A stretch of 64,000 nucleotides of DNA from Caecitellus pseudoparvulus (lineage: Eukaryota > Protista > Bigyra: Bicosoecida), in contig CBFFRQ010000031.1 of NCBI GenBank assembly GCA_965644315.1, positions 744,001 to 808,000 on the forward strand, written 5' to 3'. The notes under the pieces were generated by a model. It saw only the letters and a program-made list of their open reading frames with translations, did no database searches and had not been told where the DNA came from. Below, piece after piece: positions 56,399 to 64,000 of the stretch. The translations under genes were made by a program, and so were the position numbers. Each line of letters begins with the position of its first letter. The first letter of the stretch is position 1.

Positions 56399-59179
56399 TC
56401 AATATTCACCCGATGGCGCGCCGACCTCTGCGAGGAGCCGCGACACCCCTCCTTGCAACTGTGGGAATGCTTGGGAAAGCTTCTCGAGGGTATACAGGAC
56501 GTTCTCCGTGGCCTCAGATGTGCACGCCGCTTCGACAATGGCCTCCATGCCCTCACCTCCTGGAGTGTCTGCCACTTCAGCTGCCAGGGATGCGGCTTGC
56601 CGAACTGCAATGGCTTCGGAGGCTTGCGCAGCCTTGACTTCCTCCTGCACTGCCGATTGCGTTGCCATGAGGTGCTTGCACTGCCCCTCAAGTGTGGTCG
56701 CTTGCTCCTGAAGGTCTGCTGACTTGCCCTGGTGCTCTGTCAGCAGTGCAGCAACCCGTTGCAGCTCCCGTTTCGAGGCAAAAACTGCGTCGGTGATGTC
56801 CCTGTTCTGCCTCTCCAGGGGCTTGAGTTGTTGGCCTGCGGGGGTCTTCTCGTCAGCTTTGTGGAACGATGACCGAAACTCGGTGTTTCGGACAGTCAGC
56901 TGCTTTAAAGTGTTCACGAGTGCCTTGATCTCTTTCTCTGTGCGCCGCACGGCGGCGTCCAGCTCGTCACCCTGGCGCTGCAGCTCCTCCCGCTTCTTCG
57001 CGTTCTGAATGACAAAGTATGCCTGTGACTTGGGGGCTCCATCCTCATCGGAGCCGCGAAAGCGAGAGCACACCGTCTCGTACTTGGCCTTCAGTTTGTC
57101 CACACGCATGCGCCTCGCATTCACATCAGCGGCCAGGCGGCGGCGCTCCTCCTCCGCGAGGCGCACGTTGGCACGCTGCACTTCTTGGTGGGCTGCAATC
57201 TCACGCATGCGCTCTTCACGCGACATCTCCAGCTGCGCCTTGCGGTTTTCAAGCGAGAACAAGTCGTCGCTGGTGCGTGAGAGCGCATCCCGAAGCTTGC
57301 GCACTTCCAGCTTCAGCACGTCGTGCTCCACCATGGCCTCCTCCTTGGCCTTGACGTGCCCTTTAAAGGCCGTGCCGGCAATGCGGTTCTTCAGCATGAG
57401 CTCATCACTTTTGCTCTGCATGTCTGCAAGGGCTTGCGTAAGCTCCTTCTCGGAGCGCGCCGTGGCCTTCACCTCCTCCTGCAGCGACTTGCACTGCTCC
57501 TTCAACTTCTTGTCCTCTGCAGCCACTTCTGCAAGTTCCTCGTTCAACTCGTCGATGCGGCCCTGCAGCAGGCGCTTCTCTTCGTCAGACCGCTCGCCCT
57601 TGGCTCGGGCCACCTTGCGCTCCATCTGCTGAATCTGAAACTCTGCAGAGTACACGAGCTCCTGCTGCCACAGGGCCTGCTGGTCCAGCTGGTGGATCTT
57701 GTGGGACAGGTTCTTGGAGCTCGCCTGCGCGCCCGAGATTTCCGCAATGTAGTTGCTCTCAGCCTGGCGCAGCTTGAACAGGGACTGGCTCTGCTTGAAG
57801 GTGGACTCCTTCAGCGCCTCCAACGCCTTCATCACCCCCTCCAGCGCCTCCTCCTGGGCCTTGAGATCGCCCTCCCGGTGCACAGCCACCGCTTCCACTT
57901 TCCCAGTGTGCTCGCTGGCTGCATCCAAGCGCCCCTGCGTGGCAGTGAGGCGTGCTTTGCTGCGCTCCAGGGCCGCCTTGCTCTCCTCCACTGCCGCGGT
58001 GGCATTCTCAGCCTCCACCTTCACCTGCGCAAGCTCAGAGGCAGCCTTGCTGAGCTCGCTCTTCAACAAGTCCACTTCATCCTGGAAAGCCTCCAGCTTC
58101 TTCTGGGCAGCAAGGTACACTTCCCGTTGGGCAGCCTGGGAGCGGTTCCGGGCCTCGATGGCCACCTCGAACTCCTTGTTCTCCGCAACTTGTCGCTGGT
58201 GCCGCCGCTCCAGGTCCTTGATGGCAGCCCGCCGCTCAAGCAAGCGCCCTTTGGCATCAGCGAAGCCCTCGCTCGCAGAGATCACATCCTGGTCTCGCTT
58301 GCGGATGGCATCGATGCTGGCTTGCCACTTGCCGACCAGTTCCTGCCGCTCAGCATGCAGCAAGCGGAAGTCCTCTGCAGTCTTGTCCACTTCAATTTGC
58401 CTGGCCTGGGTCTCCGTGATCTCCTTCTCCAGCTCTCGCCGCCGATCTGCAACGCCCTGCTCCAGGCGCTCCAGCTCCAGCGTCAGCTCCTTCACCTTGG
58501 CAGAGTCGGCCTTCGTGTACTTGTCCAACGCAGCGTTGTCTTCCTCCTTCTGCTTCGCAGCCACCGCCCACTGCTCGAGTTGCTCCTGGTTGAAACTCAT
58601 CTTCTCCTTGAAGGCCTCCAGCCGCTCTTGTCCGCGGTGCAAATCACTTTGGGCGGATGACAAACGATCTTGAATCGTTGTGGCTTCCTCGTCCAATTTC
58701 CGCAGATCTCGTCGAACCCGACCGATCTCCCGCTCAGACAGCTGCTTCAGGTGGTCCTCCGTCTCCAGCTCCCGAGTTTTAGTCGTCAGGAGAGCCTGTG
58801 TGTGCTGCAGCTCCTGCCGCACCTGCTTCACGTGAGCAGCCATCACTGTAATTCTCTCCTTGTGCTCACTGGCGTTTCGCTCCGCACGCGCCAGCTCCCG
58901 CTCCTTCAGCAAGATGTCCTCATGCAGCTGGCGGTTGGCAGCGCTCGCGAACTCAGGCAAGTCGTCATCCCCACCATCATCTGACTCATCTCCATCTCCA
59001 AGGGGCATCGTGGCCAGCAGCGCGCTGACATCCACGTCTCCATCTTCCCCAACTTCACCGCCTCCTTCGGCTGCACTGGCCCAGCGCGGCGCTCCGCCTT
59101 GGGCTGCCAGGCCACCTTCGCCCCCCTCGCCGCTGGCAGCAGCACCAGCGGCGGGAGACCCGTGGTCTGAATCATCCAT
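56399..59179 (-). CDS. CCDC39: CCDC39/FAP59 axonemal ruler coiled-coil protein
   Basis: LKQLSEREIGR, WAVAAKQKEEDN..KYTKAD, QAYFVIQNAKKREELQRQGDELD..EKEIKAL. Confidence 0.9.
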   Translation of the reverse strand: MDDSDHGSPAAGAAASGEGGEGGLAAQGGAPRWASAAEGGGEVGEDGDVDVSALLATMPLGDGDESDDGGDDDLPEFASAANRQLHEDILLKERELARAERNASEHKERITVMAAHVKQVRQELQHTQALLTTKTRELETEDHLKQLSEREIGRVRRDLRKLDEEATTIQDRLSSAQSDLHRGQERLEAFKEKMSFNQEQLEQWAVAAKQKEEDNAALDKYTKADSAKVKELTLELERLEQGVADRRRELEKEITETQARQIEVDKTAEDFRLLHAERQELVGKWQASIDAIRKRDQDVISASEGFADAKGRLLERRAAIKDLERRHQRQVAENKEFEVAIEARNRSQAAQREVYLAAQKKLEAFQDEVDLLKSELSKAASELAQVKVEAENATAAVEESKAALERSKARLTATQGRLDAASEHTGKVEAVAVHREGDLKAQEEALEGVMKALEALKESTFKQSQSLFKLRQAESNYIAEISGAQASSKNLSHKIHQLDQQALWQQELVYSAEFQIQQMERKVARAKGERSDEEKRLLQGRIDELNEELAEVAAEDKKLKEQCKSLQEEVKATARSEKELTQALADMQSKSDELMLKNRIAGTAFKGHVKAKEEAMVEHDVLKLEVRKLRDALSRTSDDLFSLENRKAQLEMSREERMREIAAHQEVQRANVRLAEEERRRLAADVNARRMRVDKLKAKYETVCSRFRGSDEDGAPKSQAYFVIQNAKKREELQRQGDELDAAVRRTEKEIKALVNTLKQLTVRNTEFRSSFHKADEKTPAGQQLKPLERQNRDITDAVFASKRELQRVAALLTEHQGKSADLQEQATTLEGQCKHLMATQSAVQEEVKAAQASEAIAVRQAASLAAEVADTPGGEGMEAIVEAACTSEATENVLYTLEKLSQAFPQLQGGVSRLLAEVGAPSGEY

Positions 59180-59381
59180 GGCGCTGCTCCCTGAAGGCCA
59201 GATGTGTGTGCATGCTCCGGATTGTTGAATGTGGCGGGACTCGATACCTGTGCTCCCCCATCTGTCGCTGCCGGCAGAAGTGTGGACCTGGTAAAAAGGC
59301 AACGCCACTTAGCTCGCTGCTGTCGAAGTACTGCTTGTCGTTGCGAAGCCTTCATCTTCTTGGTTCCGCACAGCACCAAAG

Positions 59382-61088
59382 ATGCTGGGTAGCCAGGCAA
59401 CGAGGCGAGCGATCGCTCGCGCCCTCCCTCGTGCTGGACAGCTGCCCATGAGCGCAGTCTGTGCGCTGGCAACACTACCATCTGCACAAAAGACACCCAC
59501 AGCCGATGCGGGGGCAGGCCATGGCCTCTTCGCCCTTGTTGCAGCTGCGGCCGGACTCGGGATGAGCGGAATTTGCTGTGCAGACACCGCAGCTGACGAA
59601 GCCACACCTCCAGCCGCTGCAGGGAGCAGGATTGAAGGCCTGCCACTTTACTCTGAAGAAGATGTTTCCAAGCATTCCTCTCCCGATGCTGGGATCTGGG
59701 TCTCATACAAGGAGGGCGTGTACGACGTGACAGACTTTGTTGCCCAGCACCCTGGTGGCGCTGAGAAGCTCATGATGGCAGCTGGAGGGAGCATTGAGCC
59801 CTTCTGGGCATTGTACGCCCAACACAAGGCCGGCAACGTCCAAGAACTCCTGGAGAAACACCGCATCGGCAACTTTGACAAGTCCTCCGTCAAACCCAAG
59901 CAGGCAGTAGCCGAACGCGCTGCTGATGACCCATATGCAAATGAGCCAACCAGGCACCCGGCCCTCGTCGTGGGGACACAGACCCCCTTCAATGCCGAGA
60001 CACCGCCCTCCATGCTGGTAGACTCCTTCATTACCCCCACAGAAATCTTCTACGTCAGGCATCACCTACCAGTGCCCGACTTGGACCCTGACACCTACCG
60101 ATTGCAAGTCGAAGTGCCAACCAAGCGAGGCGTCAAGTCGCTGTCCCTTTCCCTGAAAGACCTCGCCGCCTTTCCCCAGCACACCGTCACAGCCACACTT
60201 CAGTGCGCCGGTAACCGCCGGAAGGACATTCATGACGTCAAGCCCGTTCGAGGTCTCAGCTGGCAACTCGGTGCAATCGGCAACGCGACCTGGTCAGGCC
60301 CGCGCCTGGTGGACGTCTTGCACGCGGCAGGCCTGGAAGATGCCTGCCCCGACCTAGCTCACGTCCACTTCGAAGGACTGGACAGTGACCCTACTGGCAC
60401 CAGCTACGGGGCAAGCATCCCCCGGGAGGATGCGGTGGCCAAACACCGCGAAGTCATCCTAGCCACGCACATGAACGGGGAGCCCTTGCCCCGGGACCAT
60501 GGGGCCCCCGTTCGAGCCTTGGTCCCTGGCGTCGTCGCAGCGCGCTCAGTCAAGTGGCTGGGCAAAGTGAAGCTCTCAAAGGAGGAGTCCCTCTCGCACT
60601 GGCAGCGGAAAGACTACAAGGGCTTCTCTCCCAACGTGGACTGGGACACCGTGGACTTCTCCACAGCCCCCTCCATCCAGGACCTGCCAGTCACCTCCGC
60701 CATCACCTCCCCGCCTCCTGGTGCGACTGTCTCTGCTGCAGACGGCTGCGTGACCCTGAAGGGCTATGCCTGGTCGGGCGGCGGCCGCAACATCGTCCGT
60801 GTTGACGTGTCCGTGGACGGAGGCAAGACATGGCACACTGCCGACCTTGACCCTGACGCAACTGCATGTGCTGCTGCCGCGCCACACAACCAAGCTTGGG
60901 CGTGGGCCCCCTGGGAGATCGAGATTGACCTGCCTCCCTCCGTCAAACCAGGCGACACCCTCACCCTCGTGTGCAAAGCCGTGGACCGCAGCTACAACTC
61001 CCAGCCGCAAGAACCCGCCTCCATCTGGAACCTTCGAGGTGTCCTCAGTAATGCCTGGCACCGTGTTCCCTTGACTGTCTCAGAGTAG
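59382..61088 (+). CDS. SUOX: Sulfite oxidase, mitochondrial type (cytochrome b5 + Moco + dimerisation domains)
   Basis: Targeting-like N-terminus; b5 motif VYDVTDF..HPGG; PFNAETP, FYVRHH, LQCAGNRR, DHGAPVR, SVKWL, GYAWSGGGR, WNLRGV. Confidence 0.95.
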   Translation: MLGSQATRRAIARALPRAGQLPMSAVCALATLPSAQKTPTADAGAGHGLFALVAAAAGLGMSGICCADTAADEATPPAAAGSRIEGLPLYSEEDVSKHSSPDAGIWVSYKEGVYDVTDFVAQHPGGAEKLMMAAGGSIEPFWALYAQHKAGNVQELLEKHRIGNFDKSSVKPKQAVAERAADDPYANEPTRHPALVVGTQTPFNAETPPSMLVDSFITPTEIFYVRHHLPVPDLDPDTYRLQVEVPTKRGVKSLSLSLKDLAAFPQHTVTATLQCAGNRRKDIHDVKPVRGLSWQLGAIGNATWSGPRLVDVLHAAGLEDACPDLAHVHFEGLDSDPTGTSYGASIPREDAVAKHREVILATHMNGEPLPRDHGAPVRALVPGVVAARSVKWLGKVKLSKEESLSHWQRKDYKGFSPNVDWDTVDFSTAPSIQDLPVTSAITSPPPGATVSAADGCVTLKGYAWSGGGRNIVRVDVSVDGGKTWHTADLDPDATACAAAAPHNQAWAWAPWEIEIDLPPSVKPGDTLTLVCKAVDRSYNSQPQEPASIWNLRGVLSNAWHRVPLTVSE

Positions 61089-61116
61089 TTGCTGCTCTTG
61101 TGCTTGATTGGAGAGG

Positions 61117-61125
61117 AAAAAAAAA
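61117..61125 (-). terminator. Pol III terminator (T9) of tRNA-His
   Basis: A9 run on the + strand, 6 nt beyond the tRNA 3' end. Confidence 0.75.
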
Positions 61126-61131
61126 GGAGAA

Positions 61132-61202
61132 TGCACACACCGAGAATCGAACTCGGGACGAGACGGCCACAACGTCTCGTGATACCACTTCACCATGTAT
61201 GC
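61132..61202 (-). tRNA. tRNA-His (GUG)
   Basis: Reverse complement GCATACATGGTGAAGTGGTATCACGAGACGTTGTGGCCGTCTCGTCCCGAGTTCGATTCTCGGTGTGTGCA: 7-bp acceptor stem, anticodon loop TTGTGGC, T-loop TTCGATT, discriminator A. Confidence 0.95.
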
Positions 61203-64000
61203 CGAAGATTAATAGAAATTTTGTGTATATATTCATTACCTTTATCTAAGCTCTTCCACTGCGAACGCTTTCATGGCGCACACAGACATCTGACTCATCA
61301 CAGCAACAAGAGTTGACGATGACGTGACCCAAAGCTGCGTTGAACGGGTACGAAAATCCATCAGTTCGTCACACCAACACGAAGATACCGGATCGAGAAT
61401 GAAATAACCTAGTTCACAATGTACACGGGGATTCACGTCAATTGTTGGAGCAATGGTGAACACAACCTCCCAGGCAAGCTACGGAAAGGAATCACTACAC
61501 AAAGAAAAGCTGAGGACTCTGCGTCCAACATTTGTCCACGTTCATGTGGATAGCATGCCAACTGCCTTGACCAGCTGGTGGCCTGCTGAGAAATGAAAAT
61601 GCATGGTGGACAACCGAGCAAACACTTCGGGAGAGAGTCAAGCATACCTCTTGCCCAGTATTCTCCTGTTTCCGATACAGCCCGAACACCTAGATGCGGC
61701 TGGCCTTCATCCCAGCCCGGAACACAAGCCCCCTCCAAAGTGCAGAAAACAGCACCAGAAAGACGCCTATGGTGGATGCCCAACACACAACTCACCAGTG
61801 GCGGAGGCAGCAATGGAAGCCTTACCAAAGCATGCAGTTGGCGCGAGATAGTATTGGGTGCAGGTGGTGCGAAATATCGTCTCGTTCCAGGGTTTTACGA
61901 AACCGTCCGACACCAAGAGCAGCATCCGAATGGCTGCATCGAACAGCCAGTTGGACCCTGAACAAAAGCAAGAAGCGCTTGCAGGAGCTTACCGGCTCAT
62001 GAAAACAGCAAAGATACGACGGGCGAATCCGCAAAAGGCAAAGTTTTTCGTGTAGGTGTCACAGCGACTGCATTTGAGGAAGTCGGAGCAGCAGCTGTGG
62101 GTTTGGCACTCTCATTCCAAGCAAGGAATGCGTGTGGCATGTCGTGTATGGATACTGTCATAAATCTTGACATGATGCGCCAAGCAGCATGTCAGAGCTT
62201 GTCAGCGGTACATTGCAGCCTGGTGGGCGCTCAAACGTGGAGCACGCTGCTTGCTTTGCGCAATCAATTGTCTGGAGTGGCGAGGATATTTCTTGACAAA
62301 CTTTGAGGTACATCGGAAACGAGAGTCAAGCAGTGTTTGGATCGAAAGGCATCCTCCTCACGAATATGTCACCCGTTCGCGCATGTTTCTTGTGTCTTTA
62401 CATAGGTAGGCGTTAGATTTCGTGCTTTCCATGATCTAAAGGCCCAATTGTATTGACATAGGAACAAGGCATTTATGCAAGCAGCAAGCGACTTAACTTG
62501 TGTGCTTCTTACCTTTTTCTTCCGTTGAAGTAGTTGACTATGGTGAGCAAAGGGTGCCTCCCATACGGCAAGCGTCAAGTCTCACAATGCAAATTTCTCT
62601 TGTTTCTGCGAGGGTCTTCTTCGGAACGTCAAAGTACAATGTCAAACAATACAAGGAACAGCTACCTGTCTTAAGACCATGAAGAATACAATGTATGATA
62701 GGTTTTTGCAGTCACAGGTTTCAAGAGTTTTGAGCTTGGCAGACTTCCCACTCTGAATGAAATGCAGCACTACTTTTTAAGAGTCCCTTGGTCACAGCAT
62801 AGCTCAGCGCACTACTTCCGCTCCTAAGCTCAAACTTGTGGTGGAGGATTCACGATAGAGGCTTCGATTCTTACTCTTGAACATGTGGAGAAAGCGTCAG
62901 AGAACCTTTAACATCGTTTGTCAATTCGTTGGATAAAGCTGTGACACACGAAGTAGGACACACTAAGTATTCCCCGATACACCAGTGCACACCTATCAAG
63001 CATATGCTCTTCAAAGAGTTAGTTCATTCTTGAGCCAGTGTGGTGCGCATTGAAGTACTTTGAGCATGAAGTGCTCGCGTTTCCAGAGAAGACTTCAAAC
63101 AAGAACACCTGTGATGACAAACTTCACCATAGGACGTTCTTCGCTCTGGTGTGCTGGAGTTCTGTCACTATTTGATCAGATTTCGTGAGTTGTGAAGCAT
63201 TCTCTTCTTGCCTCGTGTGTCCTCTCCTGTAGGCTTGTCAATATTTCCAGATAATGCAAGGCACGTGGTCGAGATGAGCCCTGACTGTGTAGGCAAAGCT
63301 GATTCTTTTGGGTTGCATTCAATTGCGAGAAGGATTGATGCTTGATGCTGAACATTGACAAAGAGTCAAGTCTGGCGTTTATTACTGTCTGCTGCGCTGG
63401 TTCGGGTAGTTTTGGCAACGCACAGGCTGGTGTGGGTCCTCAATGATTGAAACCTCGACAGGACTGTGGCAGTGCGACTTTCAATCTATGTGTTGGTTTG
63501 CGAAGACGGATGCTTGAATTGTCTGGTCAGTGATGAAGTGGACTTCCATTTTTGGCCAGCTGGCCGGTTTCAGTTGAGCGGCACGTGGTCTCTACTTGAA
63601 TGTAGCAAGGGCATAAACTTCAATTCTGCATCCTTTCAATGCGTTACGCACTCTTTATCTTCTAGTTGCTGGATGAGTTGGGTTATTCTTCTTCTCTGTA
63701 CGGTTTTGGTCTTAGATGCTTCTTGGGACTTATGCAATGTTTTCTTTGAAGCTGATCTGGCCAGGGCTGTCAGATCAGCCTGGGCGATTCTTGGAGCTGC
63801 TTTGCATGTGGTGAGCCATTGTTTTTCGTGTCGTGGACTTCAAGTTTGTGACCAGTGTTTTATTTCATTGGGTTCTGTCGACGCTCGCAGCAGTAGAAGG
63901 GAGGAGCAAGCCTGTGTGCCAAGCTCGCTCAGGGCTATGTGTTCGCGTTTTTGTGATGACCGCTGGTGCGTTCAGAGCACCCTGGGATTTGTCAGACCTA
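61203..64000. other. Low-GC, ORF-poor region of unknown nature
   Basis: Hand counts on two sampled 60-nt lines gave 40-42% GC, visibly lower than the genic DNA; no ORF above 131 aa. Confidence 0.7.

Noticed and set aside
1814-61088. Hundreds of long antisense or overlapping ORFs in the track
   Set aside because: Expected shadows of GC-rich coding DNA; no independent motifs.
63751-63779. Hairpin GCTGATCTG..CAGATCAGC
   Set aside because: A single 9-bp stem is plausible by chance and has no supporting context.
61203-64000. Intact endogenous virophage or Polinton-like element
   Set aside because: Lower GC fits, but there are no dense intact ORFs and no recognisable capsid, pPolB, integrase or terminal repeat.
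1-64000. CRISPR array, rRNA or telomeric repeats
   Set aside because: No periodic repeat-spacer pattern, rRNA-like sequence or telomeric tandem repeat seen.

Overview
GC-rich, gene-dense eukaryotic nuclear DNA with short GT-AG introns (donors GTGAGT/GTGCGT). The ciliary genes indicate a flagellated protist; a heterotrophic stramenopile such as a bicosoecid is my inference only. Recognisable genes: GNL3/nucleostemin, PP4 regulatory subunit 1, a probable Tom7, AGC, Aurora and CAMK-type kinases, anthranilate synthase I, PDAT, a bromodomain/SAND-like/Tudor-knot protein, V-ATPase subunit C, TMEM67 and Tectonic (head-to-head), CCDC39, sulfite oxidase and tRNA-His(GUG), plus several hypothetical genes. 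Most notable: (1) two paralogues of an orphan P-loop ATPase that share a 24-nt motif after the stop codon, one of them bracketed by degenerate direct repeats; (2) a highly structured ~214-nt segment in an unusually long GNL3 intron; (3) the divergent TMEM67/Tectonic pair; (4) an abrupt switch to low-GC, ORF-poor DNA at the tRNA-His gene. All calls are from manual motif recognition; no searches were run, and exon boundaries are approximate.
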